Positions 40,359-50,024 of a DNA stretch of 64,000 bases are shown here, piece by piece (position 1 is the first letter of the stretch; each line of letters starts with the position of its first letter). The notes under the pieces are model-generated. The model was not told the DNA's origin. It saw only the letters and a program-made list of their open reading frames with translations, and searched no databases. The stretch comes from Planctomycetota bacterium (lineage in GTDB: Bacteria; Planctomycetota; UBA1135; UBA2386). The stretch is from positions 69,561-133,560 of the forward strand of contig JBCCGH010000004.1 of NCBI GenBank assembly GCA_039029375.1. Reading direction: 5' to 3'. A program made the translations under genes and the position numbers.

Positions 40359-40987
40359 GGACCACACCACCCATACCCGAACCCGAAGCCGTAACGCCAC
40401 GGGTAAAAGTACGGCCGCCATGGGAAGTAGGGGCCGAAGCCGTACGGCCGGAAGTAGGGCCGTGGGGCGAAGGGGCGGTGCACGACAAAGCGAGTGTGCT
40501 GCTCGTAGGTCCAATCTTGCGGCCCCTGCAGCCACCAGTGCACATTGAATGAACGCACGTCCGCGGGCTCCACGTTGTCGGGCAAGACGAACGGCAGACG
40601 TACGACGTGGACTTGATGGGGTGACGCGGTCGCGACGGGCTCGGGGTAGCCGGTCTCGATGGACCCGAGCACCCGATCGCCTAGATCCAGGTCGTTGATG
40701 CGCAGGCGGCGCACGTCGAGGCGCAGTGGTTCGTCGGTCACGTTCTCGAGCTCGAACCCCACGTGCGCGGTCGTGACGTCGTCGCGCCGCGCCACCTCGT
40801 CGACCCACACCCGTACCTCGCCCCACGGCGCACCGTCTTGGCCCAACTCGTACTCAGCCGCCGAGCTGCCCTCCGGCGACTGCGCATTGGCTCGCTCGGC
40901 AGGGCGAAAATACCGACGGCTGGCACTGCAGGCGCTCAGGACCAGGAGGGCGGAGAGAACGGCAGTGATCTGGAGGGTGCGCAGCAT
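40355..40987 (-). CDS. Lipoprotein with aromatic/Gly/Pro-rich C-terminal tail
   Basis: Lipobox LLVLSAC. ATGA coupling to the downstream gene. Tail RPFAPRPYFRPYGFGPYFPWRPYFYPWRYGFGFGYGWCGP. Only the last 210 codons of track ORF 40355..41857 are used. Confidence 0.6.
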   Translation of the reverse strand: MLRTLQITAVLSALLVLSACSASRRYFRPAERANAQSPEGSSAAEYELGQDGAPWGEVRVWVDEVARRDDVTTAHVGFELENVTDEPLRLDVRRLRINDLDLGDRVLGSIETGYPEPVATASPHQVHVVRLPFVLPDNVEPADVRSFNVHWWLQGPQDWTYEQHTRFVVHRPFAPRPYFRPYGFGPYFPWRPYFYPWRYGFGFGYGWCGP

Positions 40988-41077
40988 ATGGGTTGTCCTG
41001 GCACTAGTGCACCACCATGGGCGGCGCAAGCCCCATGGCCCGCGGCGCGGTGGCCGCAGCCCCAACGAGCTGCCAGA

Positions 41078-42745
41078 ATGCCGGCTATGCGTTGCCGCTA
41101 CTGGGTCGTCCCCCTCACGCTCGCGCAGCTCCTCCCCGCCCAGCGCCCTCCCGGCCACGAGGTCGAGCACCTGATCACCGCTGACCGCATCGGCGCGGCC
41201 ATCCGCCTGCTGAGCAGCGACCTCTTCGAGGGTCGCGGGGTCGGCACGCGCGCCGATGAGCTCACCCGCCTCTATCTCGAGACGCAGTTCGAGCTGTTTG
41301 GGCTCGAGCCCGGCGGCGAGAACGGCACGTGGCAGCAACCGGTGCCAATCGCCGGCATCACGACCGAGGTCACCACTCCCCTCACGATTCAAGGGACAGG
41401 GGGCAAGCTCGAATTCATTGCACCCGCCGACTACACGGCGGCCGCGGCTCGCGCCGACGCCACGACCGCGTGGCAGGACGCCGAGGTGGTGTTCGTTGGC
41501 TACGGCATCCACGCCCCCGAGCAGCGCTGGGACGACTACGGCGACTTCGACCTCAAGGGCAAAGTCGCGCTCGTGATGAACAACGACCCCGGCGACGACC
41601 CCGACTTGTTCGCCGGCTCGACGCGACTGTACTACGGTCGCTGGTCGTACAAGTTCGAGGAAGCAGCGCGGCGCGGCGCGGTGGGCGCGATGGTGATCCA
41701 CACGACTCCATCGGCCGGCTACCCGTTCCAGGTCATTCAAGCCACGCACGGCCGCGAGGCGTTCTGGCTGCCCTTCGACGGCAAGACGCCGCACCTCGCC
41801 ATTCGCAGTTGGTGCGCGGAGGAAGCCGCGCGCAGCATCGCCGCCGCCGGCGGCCATGACCTGGACGAGCTGCGCCGGCGGGCCGAGAGCCGCGACTTCC
41901 AGCCGGTGCCGCTGGGCGTGACCGCCAACCTGGCGACCACCAACACCAAGCGCGACATCCTATCCGGCAACGTCCTAGGCAAGATCGAAGGCAGCGACCC
42001 GACCCTCAAGGAGCAGGTCGTCGTGATCACCGCGCACTTCGACCATCTCGGCATCGGGCGTCCGAAGAAGGAGGACGCGATCTACAACGGGGCGCTCGAC
42101 AACGCGTCGGGCACGGCGCTGCTCCTGAATCTCGCCCAAGCCTGCGCGCAATTACCACAGCCGCCGCGACGCACCCTGCTCTTCGCCGCCGTGACGGCCG
42201 AGGAGTCAGGCCTGCTCGGCTCGCTCTATTTCGCGCGCCACCCCACGATCCCAGCCAGGCAGATCGTCGCCAACTACAACGTCGACGGCATCAACATCTG
42301 GGGCCCCACCAGCGACATCGCGATGATCGGCCACGGGAAGAACACGCTGACCGACCTGGCGACGCGCGTCGCCAAGGGTCGCGGCCGCGATTTGGTAGCG
42401 GACCAGCATCCCGAGCTCGGCCTCTTCTATCGCTCCGACCACTTCTCGTTCGCGCGGATCGGCGTGCCGTCGGCCTACTTCAAGGCCGGTGGTGATTTCC
42501 TCGAGAACAAGACCGGCCGATCCCGGGTGAAGAACATGTACACGACCGTGCACTACCACCAGCCGTCCGATCAGTACGACCGCCGCTGGAACCTCGAGGG
42601 CGCGGTAGAAGACGGCCGCCTGCTCCTCGAGTGCCTGCTGCGAACAGCCCAAGCCGACAACCAACCGCGCTGGACTCCCGGCGACGAGTTCGAGGCGTTT
42701 TGGCAACCGGCGACACCCGCGCCGCGCGCCGGGGGAGCAAAGTGA
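41078..42745 (+). CDS. M28-family aminopeptidase with PA (protease-associated) domain
   Basis: [54 protein letters not shown]-like insert VVFVGYGI...[10 protein letters not shown]. Confidence 0.8.
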   Translation: MPAMRCRYWVVPLTLAQLLPAQRPPGHEVEHLITADRIGAAIRLLSSDLFEGRGVGTRADELTRLYLETQFELFGLEPGGENGTWQQPVPIAGITTEVTTPLTIQGTGGKLEFIAPADYTAAAARADATTAWQDAEVVFVGYGIHAPEQRWDDYGDFDLKGKVALVMNNDPGDDPDLFAGSTRLYYGRWSYKFEEAARRGAVGAMVIHTTPSAGYPFQVIQATHGREAFWLPFDGKTPHLAIRSWCAEEAARSIAAAGGHDLDELRRRAESRDFQPVPLGVTANLATTNTKRDILSGNVLGKIEGSDPTLKEQVVVITAHFDHLGIGRPKKEDAIYNGALDNASGTALLLNLAQACAQLPQPPRRTLLFAAVTAEESGLLGSLYFARHPTIPARQIVANYNVDGINIWGPTSDIAMIGHGKNTLTDLATRVAKGRGRDLVADQHPELGLFYRSDHFSFARIGVPSAYFKAGGDFLENKTGRSRVKNMYTTVHYHQPSDQYDRRWNLEGAVEDGRLLLECLLRTAQADNQPRWTPGDEFEAFWQPATPAPRAGGAK

Positions 42746-42746
42746 C

Positions 42747-43730
42747 ATGACACCCGCCATCGACCGCCGCTCATTCCTCAAGCACAGCGTCGCCGGCGTG
42801 ACGGGCCTGACGGGTCTGAGCTGCGCCGGCCACCCCCGTGCGCCGCAGCCACAAGGAGATGCCGTGCTCCCGGCGACCGAACAGCCCCTGCCCCTGTCGC
42901 TCGCCCAGTGGTCACTGCACCGCAGACTCAAGGGCCGGGTCCAGCCTCACCTCGACCCGCTCGACTTTGCCGCCACGGCACGCGGTCTCGGGTTTGAGGC
43001 CATCGAGTACGTCAACCAGTTCTTCATGGACAAGGCCGCCGACCGCGCCTACCTGGCCGACCTCAAGACGCGCGCGGCGGACCAGGGCGTGAAGAGCTTG
43101 CTCATCATGTGCGACGCCGAGGGTGCGCTCGGCGATCCCGACGACGGGCGCCGCCGCCAGGCGATCGAGAACCACCACAAGTGGGTCGAAGCCGCGGTGT
43201 TCCTCGGCTGCCATTCAATCCGCGTGAACGCGCAGAGCTCGGGCGACGCCGCGGAGCAGGCGCGCCTCGCCGCCGACGGGCTCGCGCGTCTCACCGAGTT
43301 CGCCGCGACGCACGAGTGCAACGTCCTTGTCGAGAACCACGGTGGCCTGTCCTCGAACGGCGCCTGGTTGGCGGGCGTCATGCGGCAAGTCGATGACCCG
43401 CGCTGCGGTACGCTGCCGGACTTCGGCAACTTCCACATCGGCGACGGCGAGTGGTACGACCGCTACCAGGGCGTGCGCGAGCTGATGCCGTTTGCCAAGG
43501 CGGTCAGCGCGAAGAGCCACGCCTTTGACGACGCCGGCAACGAGACCAAGACCGACTATCGGCAGATGCTGCAGATCGTGTGGGACGCCGGCTACCGCGG
43601 CTGGGTCGGCATCGAGTACGAAGGCTCGGAGCTCAGCGAAGACAAGGGGGTCCTGGCGACCAAGGCACTGCTCGAACGCGTGCGCGGCGAAATCATCGCC
43701 GCCGAGCGGGGCGCCGACTCAGGCCGCTGA
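42747..43730 (+). CDS. Tat-exported sugar phosphate isomerase/epimerase (xylose isomerase-like TIM barrel)
   Basis: Twin-arginine signal [54 protein letters not shown]. Confidence 0.75.
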   Translation: MTPAIDRRSFLKHSVAGVTGLTGLSCAGHPRAPQPQGDAVLPATEQPLPLSLAQWSLHRRLKGRVQPHLDPLDFAATARGLGFEAIEYVNQFFMDKAADRAYLADLKTRAADQGVKSLLIMCDAEGALGDPDDGRRRQAIENHHKWVEAAVFLGCHSIRVNAQSSGDAAEQARLAADGLARLTEFAATHECNVLVENHGGLSSNGAWLAGVMRQVDDPRCGTLPDFGNFHIGDGEWYDRYQGVRELMPFAKAVSAKSHAFDDAGNETKTDYRQMLQIVWDAGYRGWVGIEYEGSELSEDKGVLATKALLERVRGEIIAAERGADSGR

Positions 43731-43738
43731 TCCCGCAC

Positions 43739-43942
43739 TCACTCCTCGGGCATCAGAAACCAGAGCGCCAGGTAAACGAGCAAGCCGGGAAAGGCCGCCG
43801 ATAACAACGAAACCACCACGTAGACCAGGCGGAACCGGTTGGCGTCCCAGCCCATCGAATCCGCGATCCCCGCGCACACGCCCCCAAGAATCTGGTCATC
43901 GCTAGAACGGACGAGCTTGGTCGCGGGCATGGGCATATTCAT
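43739..43942 (-). CDS. PspC domain-containing small membrane protein
   Basis: KLVRSSDDQILGGVCAGIADSMGWDANRFRLVYVVVSLLSAAFPGLLVYLALWFLMP. Confidence 0.85.
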   Translation of the reverse strand: MNMPMPATKLVRSSDDQILGGVCAGIADSMGWDANRFRLVYVVVSLLSAAFPGLLVYLALWFLMPEE

Positions 43943-43951
43943 GGATCAAAG

Positions 43952-44458
43952 TCAGGGCGCGAGGTGCAACGCGAACCCCTCGCCGAGCCTTACGTAGACC
44001 GACCGGCGAAATTCGGCGGTCGCCGCCACAAGGTCGGCGAAGCGCATCCAACGCCAGGCTCGAAACTCCTGATCCGAGGCCGCGGCGAGGTCGATCTCGC
44101 CGTCAGCACCGGTCCAACGGAGCAAGAACCAGCGCTGCACCTGGCCGCGCCCGACGTGCGGCCGCCGCAGGGACAGCGGCAGCTCGTAGGCGAGCCATTC
44201 TTCCAACTCCGCAATCGGCTCGACCTCAGACGCCGCGATGCCCGTCTCCTCATGCAGCTCGCGGAGCGCCGCATCGGCGGGCGTTTCGCCGACCTCGAGC
44301 CCGCCCTGCGGAAGCTGCCAGGCACCTGGCACATCACTCCGCTCGAGCGCGAGCACGAGACCCGCGCGATTGATCACGACCACACCGACGCCGGCGCGGA
44401 ACGTCACTCCGGTTGTGCCAGTCATGCTGGATTGGTGGCGCGCCTTGAAAAACGCCAA
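43952..44458 (-). CDS. Nudix hydrolase (RppH-like)
   Basis: Nudix box GGLEVGETPADAALRELHEETGI. The start is possibly the internal ATG at 44425. Confidence 0.8.
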   Translation of the reverse strand: MAFFKARHQSSMTGTTGVTFRAGVGVVVINRAGLVLALERSDVPGAWQLPQGGLEVGETPADAALRELHEETGIAASEVEPIAELEEWLAYELPLSLRRPHVGRGQVQRWFLLRWTGADGEIDLAAASDQEFRAWRWMRFADLVAATAEFRRSVYVRLGEGFALHLAP

Positions 44459-44502
44459 GCCAGAGTATCGACGCGGCCGGGGCGGTCCAGTCGAATGCCA
44501 TC

Positions 44503-45789
44503 ATGGCGACGGGGGCACAACGGCTGCTCTTCGATGACGTGGGCGCGGGCCACGCGCGCCCGCTCGACACCACCGCGCTGCTCGCCGAGCTCGAGCAGTT
44601 CAACGAGTTCGGTGCGGCGACGCGCGTCGATACCGTACCGCGCGTCGACGATAGGCCGGGGGTGCCGTCGTTCACCAACGAGTTTTGGACGAGCAAGCAG
44701 CGCGCCGCCAGCAGCATGCACGAGATTTCGTACCGCGCCTGCTTCAAGCCACAACTGCCGCGCTTCTTCATCGAGCGGCTAACGACACCCGGCGACGTTG
44801 TCTACGACCCGTTCATGGGGCGCGGCACGACGCCGGTCGAAGCCGCGCTGCTCGGCCGCGTGCCGTTCGGCTGCGACGTCAATCCGCTGAGCGCACGGCT
44901 CGTCGCGCCGCGGCTGACCCCGCCGACGGCCGAGGCCGTGGCCGACCGGTTGGCGGCAGTCGATTGGCACAACCCCGGACCGCTCGACGAGACCCTGCTG
45001 GTCTTCTATCACCCCGAGACATTGCGCGAAATCCAGGCGTTGCGGCGGTGGCTGCTGCGCCGCGACGCCGACGGCACCGCCGACGCGGTCGATGGCTGGA
45101 TCCGCATGGTCGCGGTCAACCGCCTGACTGGGCACTCGCCCGGTTTCTTCTCGGTGTACACGCTGCCGCCCAATCAAGCGGTCTCCGCCGAAGCGCAGCG
45201 CAAGATCAACCAGCGACGCGGGCAGCAGCCGCTGCGGCGTCTGGTGCCAGACCTGATCGTGCGCAAGACCAAGAGCCTGCTGAGCCGCCTCGACCCAGCG
45301 GCACAGGCGCGACTCGCTGCGGTCGCTCCAAACGCCCGCCTCGTGACCGCCTCGTGTGCCGCGACGCCGCAGCTCGCCGACGCCTCAGTGCAGTTGGCCG
45401 TCACGTCGCCGCCGTTTCTCGACGTCGTGCAGTATGCGCAAGACAACTGGCTGCGGTGCTGGTTCTGCGGGATCGACCCCAAAGAGGTCCCCATCTCAAT
45501 GCATCGGCAGCTGCCCGATTGGCAAGCGTCCATGACGCAGGTGTTCGCCGAGCTGCACCGCGTCCTGGTGCCCGGTGGGTGGATCGCGTTCGAGGTCGGC
45601 GAAGTGCGCGGTGGATCCATCCGCCTCGACGAGGCCACGCTGCCGTGCGGCGTCGCGGCTGGTCTCGAGCCGGTGCTGATCCTCATCAACGAGCAGCACT
45701 TCACCAAGACGGCAAACTGCTGGGGCATCGACAACAACCGCAAAGGGACCAACACCAACCGCGTGGTGGTCTTGCGCCGCCCTTGCTAG
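44503..45789 (+). CDS. Putative DNA (N4-C or N6-A) methyltransferase with no adjacent restriction gene
   Basis: SAM-binding motif I VYDPFMGRGTT about 200 aa upstream of catalytic motif IV VTSPPF. N-terminal FWTSKQR...HEISYRACFKPQLP block. Confidence 0.6.
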   Translation: MATGAQRLLFDDVGAGHARPLDTTALLAELEQFNEFGAATRVDTVPRVDDRPGVPSFTNEFWTSKQRAASSMHEISYRACFKPQLPRFFIERLTTPGDVVYDPFMGRGTTPVEAALLGRVPFGCDVNPLSARLVAPRLTPPTAEAVADRLAAVDWHNPGPLDETLLVFYHPETLREIQALRRWLLRRDADGTADAVDGWIRMVAVNRLTGHSPGFFSVYTLPPNQAVSAEAQRKINQRRGQQPLRRLVPDLIVRKTKSLLSRLDPAAQARLAAVAPNARLVTASCAATPQLADASVQLAVTSPPFLDVVQYAQDNWLRCWFCGIDPKEVPISMHRQLPDWQASMTQVFAELHRVLVPGGWIAFEVGEVRGGSIRLDEATLPCGVAAGLEPVLILINEQHFTKTANCWGIDNNRKGTNTNRVVVLRRPC

Positions 45790-45805
45790 TGAGGTGTCTC
45801 CGAAG
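45786..45805 (+). repeat. 20-nt fragment of the repeat-element arm
   Basis: CTAGTGAGGTGTCTCCGAAG is 19/20 identical to the reverse complement of 594-613 (CTAGTGGGGTGTCTCCGAAG). It fills the 18-nt gap between convergent genes. Confidence 0.6.
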
Positions 45806-45807
45806 CC

Positions 45808-47397
45808 TCAGCCGGCCGTTCGCTGCGCCGCGAGTTGCGCCGCCACGGCTTCGATCTCGACCAAGCGCGCTTGCACCTCGCGCGGCCGCGCGGACCGCGA
45901 CCGACTGAGTGCGGCCGCAGCGCCGTCGAGATCGCCCTGGTCGAGCCGCACGCGGGCCACCTCCAGCCAAGCGTCAACGCACTGCGGATCGAGCTCGGTG
46001 GCGCGTTCGAAGTAGCGCCGCGCCGCCTGGGTGTCGCCGCGGCCACGCCACAAGTCGCCAGCGCACAGGTTGAAGCGGACCGAGCGCGGTTGCGCGGCGA
46101 CTTCGTGCAGCACCAGCGTGTCGTCGTCGCGCCACACGCCGCAGCGATCCACGGTGACGACGCAAGACGCACCGATCCAAGCGCCGAGCAGGAGCACCAG
46201 GAGCGGCCTTCGCCCCAGCCTCTCAGCCAACACCGCGACCAGCAGCGACAACCCAAGACTCGGCGCATAGTAGGTGCGCTCGGCGAACATCATGAACACC
46301 GGGCGCGCAAGGTTGGTGACGATGAAGCTGAAGCCAAGGAACGCGGCCGCGGCGAGGAAGACCACCGGCGCGCGTCGCAGTGCCACGAGCCCCCCAGCGC
46401 CAACGGCAACGATGGCAAGACCCGCGCCGCCCGCGACCAGCTCCCAACCGTTAGCTCCATCGACGACCGGCAGCTGGCACGGTCCGTAGTCCGCGCTCAG
46501 CGAGAACGGCAGCAACGTGAGCAGCAAGCCGTAGCCCCACAACAAGGTCCCCGTGCAGACCCGCACGAAACTGGGCACGTCGAGCAGCGGGTTTTCCAAG
46601 TAGCCAATGGACGCATCCACGGTGCCGGGGAGGCCGCCGAGCATGCGCTGCCGCAGCCACCAGTAGGCCGCCGCTGGGATCACCAACGCCGCGACGCCGA
46701 GCAACGTGCCCGCGGGCGAGCCGAGCCAGGGCTCGCCTCGACGGCGGCGCGCAACCGCCCACCAAAGCGGGGCAAACGCAACCCAGGCGAGCGCGCTTTC
46801 CTTGGCGCAAAACGCCAAGAACGCACAAGCCGCACTACCCACGCCGAGCACCGTCCGACCGACGACTCCGCGGCGGCGGGCGCTGTCCAGCAGCAGCGTC
46901 GCAGCCGCGCCGCCGACGAAACCCAAGAGCTCGGCGCGGCCGACCACGTTCGCCACCGCCTCGCTGTGCACCGCGTGGACGCCAAAGACCAACATGCCCA
47001 CACACGCTGCGGACCAAGGCACCGCGAGGCGCACCAGTAAGACGTAGGTCAGCGCCGTCGCGAGCACGTGCAGCACCACGTTGGCCCAGTGGGCCGGCAA
47101 CGAGTTGTCGCCGAAGGCCGCGTGCCGCAGCGCGAATGACAGAGTCGTCGCTGGACGGAAGGTCTCCGACACCGGAGTGCGGTGCGGCCAGTAGTGATGC
47201 TCGAAATACTCGCTCAGCGGTCGCAGCTCGGCGACCAGCGGATGCTCGACGGCGCCGTGGTGACCCATCGCCGCCCAGCGGTCATCCCACGCGAAGTCGT
47301 TTGCGAGCGACGGCGCGTGAATCGCGAAGGTCAGCAGGAGAACCAGGTAGATCCACACGCCGCGCCGCGCGCCGGGGGGCTGCGGAGCGTCGTCCAT
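45808..47397 (-). CDS. Polytopic membrane protein with C-terminal TPR repeats (TMTC/PMT-like GT-C candidate)
   Basis: N-terminal FAIHAPSLANDFAWDDRWA motif after TM1, about 10 TM segments, C-terminal TPR (AARRYFERATELDPQCVDAWLEVARVRLDQGDLDGA). Confidence 0.65.
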   Translation of the reverse strand: MDDAPQPPGARRGVWIYLVLLLTFAIHAPSLANDFAWDDRWAAMGHHGAVEHPLVAELRPLSEYFEHHYWPHRTPVSETFRPATTLSFALRHAAFGDNSLPAHWANVVLHVLATALTYVLLVRLAVPWSAACVGMLVFGVHAVHSEAVANVVGRAELLGFVGGAAATLLLDSARRRGVVGRTVLGVGSAACAFLAFCAKESALAWVAFAPLWWAVARRRRGEPWLGSPAGTLLGVAALVIPAAAYWWLRQRMLGGLPGTVDASIGYLENPLLDVPSFVRVCTGTLLWGYGLLLTLLPFSLSADYGPCQLPVVDGANGWELVAGGAGLAIVAVGAGGLVALRRAPVVFLAAAAFLGFSFIVTNLARPVFMMFAERTYYAPSLGLSLLVAVLAERLGRRPLLVLLLGAWIGASCVVTVDRCGVWRDDDTLVLHEVAAQPRSVRFNLCAGDLWRGRGDTQAARRYFERATELDPQCVDAWLEVARVRLDQGDLDGAAAALSRSRSARPREVQARLVEIEAVAAQLAAQRTAG

Positions 47398-47533
47398 GGT
47401 GTAGATATCGACGCTTGGGGGCCGCCGAAGTGAGAATCACCGCGCCCGCGGCCGCGGCGGGCCAAGCCGGGCAGCAGGCGCGGCCGGAAAACGCACCCTT
47501 GAGATGCGCGGCCCCGTGCGCCAGCCTCCTGCC

Positions 47534-47977
47534 ATGCAGCCCTTCACCAAGCGCTACCGCTACCGCTTCGGCGACATCGACGACGCCGGCATTGGCTACT
47601 ACCCAGCGCTCATGCACTACTTCCACTGCGGTTTCGAGGACTGGTGGTCCGACGGGTTGGGCGTCCCCTACCCCAAAGTCCTCCATGAAGAGAAGTTCGG
47701 GCTGCCGGCGGTGAACATCCAGGCGGACTTCTACCAGCCGATCCGCTACGGCGACGAGCCCGACTTCTCTTTGGGCGTCCTGCGGATCGGCGACACGTCG
47801 GTACAATTCGGCATGTGGCTGTCCATTGAGGGCCGGGGCGGGCCCGCCTGCCGCGCCCGCATCACCACCGTGGCCGTCGACATGGACAAGATGGCGAAAC
47901 GCGACCTGCCGGATCACTGGCGGACGAAGTTCAACGAGTGGCTCCTCGACGAAGCTGAATTCCCCGACCGCAGCTGA
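47534..47977 (+). CDS. Hotdog-fold acyl-CoA thioesterase (4HBT/YbgC-like)
   Basis: YRYRFGDIDDAGIGYYPALMHYFHCGFEDWW is the typical 4HBT N-terminal pattern. Start taken at MQPFTK. Confidence 0.65.
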   Translation: MQPFTKRYRYRFGDIDDAGIGYYPALMHYFHCGFEDWWSDGLGVPYPKVLHEEKFGLPAVNIQADFYQPIRYGDEPDFSLGVLRIGDTSVQFGMWLSIEGRGGPACRARITTVAVDMDKMAKRDLPDHWRTKFNEWLLDEAEFPDRS

Positions 47978-47991
47978 GTAGCCCGCCGGCC

Positions 47992-48612
47992 ATGGGTGCC
48001 TTGGCCGATCTCGTCGCAAACCAGAGCCGCGTGCTCATCCGCCAGAACAAGGAATGGGGCGAGATTCTGACAGGGCTCGAGGCGCGCAACCGCTTTGAAC
48101 TTTGCGACGAGAGCGGTCGCCGCATGGGACTGGCGGCTGAGGAGGGCCGCGGTTTCGGTGGGTTGATGCTCCGCACCATGCTCGGCCGGTGTCGACGAGC
48201 CACGATCCAAGTCTTCGGCGCCAACGGCGAGCGGGTCGGCCGCGGCGAGAAGCCGTTCCGCTGGTTCTTCCACCGCATGGAGATCTACGACGGCGACCGC
48301 AGGATCGGCGCCATCGAGCGACGCTTCTCGCTCCTCAACCGGGTCTTCTCGATCGAGAACGACGCCGGCACCGCGACCCTCACGATCGAGAGTCCGTTGC
48401 TGCGGATCTGGACCTTCAACGTCCTCCTGCAGGGCCAGCAGATCGGCGTCATCCGCAAGCGCTGGGGCGGGCTCGGGCGCGAGATGTTCACCGACGCCGA
48501 CACCTTTGGCCTCGAGGTCCAGGAGGGCGTTCCGGCCGAGCTCCGCGCGGTGCTCCTGGTCGCGACCTTCTTGATCGACTTCACCTGCTTCGAGAGAACC
48601 CGGCGCAGCTGA
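47992..48612 (+). CDS. Phospholipid scramblase-family (LURP-one-related fold) protein
   Basis: VLIRQNKEWGEILTGLEARNRFELCDESG...IERRFSLLNRVFSIEND... has the repeated beta pattern of the scramblase family. Confidence 0.55.
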   Translation: MGALADLVANQSRVLIRQNKEWGEILTGLEARNRFELCDESGRRMGLAAEEGRGFGGLMLRTMLGRCRRATIQVFGANGERVGRGEKPFRWFFHRMEIYDGDRRIGAIERRFSLLNRVFSIENDAGTATLTIESPLLRIWTFNVLLQGQQIGVIRKRWGGLGREMFTDADTFGLEVQEGVPAELRAVLLVATFLIDFTCFERTRRS

Positions 48613-48639
48613 CGGCGACACGCCCTCCGGCCAGCGGCG

Positions 48640-49980
48640 TCAGCGTTCTTCGACGCCGGCCTCCGCCGCATCGAGCCGCCGCACGAAGACGTTGCGGAAC
48701 CAGACCTTTGGTTCCTCCGGCGCGCCGACGTGGGCGTGGCTCTGCAGCCCGATAAAACCGCGGGTCGCGCGCTCGGCGAACGGCGGCCAGCCGTGGGTCG
48801 GCACTTGCAGCGTGTCGACGTCGTAGAGCTCCTGGCCATTCAGCACAACGCGTAGCCGCGAGCCGGCGTACTCGATCTCGAACGTATTCCAAGCGCCGAT
48901 CGGCAACAGTGCCCGCGCGCCAGGAGGGACCGAGTGATACAGCGAACCCGTGAACTGCCACGGCTGCAGCGCGGAGCCGGTGCGCGCCTCCCAGTTGAAG
49001 TCGTCGAGGATCTGCACTTCGCAGCCTGATTCTGCGGCATGTGAATCCGCGCGGTCCGCGCGCAAGAAGATGCCGCTGTTGGCCATCTCAGCCGTGCGGA
49101 AGTCGAGGCGCAGGGCGAAGTCGCGATAGTCCTCCTTCGTGCGCAGGTCACCGTTGCGGCCCGCCAGGCCCACGCTGCCGTCGTCGCTCGCCACCACGCG
49201 CACGTCCCCCGACGTCTCCCAAGCGTCGAGCTCGGGCCCGTCCAGCACGGCGTCCCACCCCAAAGCGCGGCCCGCCTCGGTGGCTTCGAGCCGTCCGTCC
49301 GCGTCGCAGGCAAACAGCTCCGGATCGAACTCCGGCAGACGGCGCATCGCCACGTTGCGGAACTCGACTCGTGGATCCTCTGCCTCGCTCGCGCCACCGC
49401 CATGCACCTGCAGGCCGATCAAGCCTCGTGGGGCGTAGCCGTCGTTGCCGGGCGGCAGAGCGTAGTCGGTGATGAGCTCGCCGTTGAGCCACGCGCGCAG
49501 CCGAACATCACGACCGGCACACCAGACCTCAACGCGGTTCCACTCACCGCGACGAAAGGCCTTCTTCGCCATCTCGTTGTGCTGCAAGAAGCCATCTGAG
49601 TAAACGGCACCGACTTCGCCCTTCGGACGCACATCCAACGTCACCTGCGCACCCTTGCCGCCGCCGCGCGGCACCATGCGCACGAAGACCCCAGAATCGA
49701 ACGGGTAGGTCATCCGCACGTCGCAGACGAAGATGAAGTTGGCGTAGACCTGCTCGGTGTAGAGCAGGCCGCCTGTCCCGCCTGACCCTTCGCGGCCGAC
49801 GATGATCCCGTCCTCCACCGTCCATTGGGCCTGGCCGTCATAGCGGCCGCCCGTCGTCACCCAGCCATCCAGACTGGCACCGTCGAACAGCGGGGTGAAG
49901 CCGGCCGCATCGAAATGCTGCTGCGCGGCGGTGGTGACGGTGCTCAGCAAGACGGCGGCAAGAGTCGCGAGCGTGCGCAT
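48640..49980 (-). CDS. Secreted protein with two DUF1080 (3-keto-disaccharide hydrolase-like) domains
   Basis: Signal peptide. FTPLFDGASLDGWVTTG...WTVEDGIIVG...GLLYT..YANF and a second copy GWDAVLDGPELDAWETSG...YRDFALRLDFRT...NSGIFLRA...GFIGLQSH. Confidence 0.75.
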   Translation of the reverse strand: MRTLATLAAVLLSTVTTAAQQHFDAAGFTPLFDGASLDGWVTTGGRYDGQAQWTVEDGIIVGREGSGGTGGLLYTEQVYANFIFVCDVRMTYPFDSGVFVRMVPRGGGKGAQVTLDVRPKGEVGAVYSDGFLQHNEMAKKAFRRGEWNRVEVWCAGRDVRLRAWLNGELITDYALPPGNDGYAPRGLIGLQVHGGGASEAEDPRVEFRNVAMRRLPEFDPELFACDADGRLEATEAGRALGWDAVLDGPELDAWETSGDVRVVASDDGSVGLAGRNGDLRTKEDYRDFALRLDFRTAEMANSGIFLRADRADSHAAESGCEVQILDDFNWEARTGSALQPWQFTGSLYHSVPPGARALLPIGAWNTFEIEYAGSRLRVVLNGQELYDVDTLQVPTHGWPPFAERATRGFIGLQSHAHVGAPEEPKVWFRNVFVRRLDAAEAGVEER

Positions 49981-50024
49981 GATCGACCAGCGTACCGCGC
50001 CACCGGCGTACGGTGCGGCTGGTT

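Noticed and set aside
44503-45789. Restriction-modification system
   Set aside because: No endonuclease-like, specificity or helicase ORF is adjacent on either side, so only the methyltransferase is reported, as a putative orphan.
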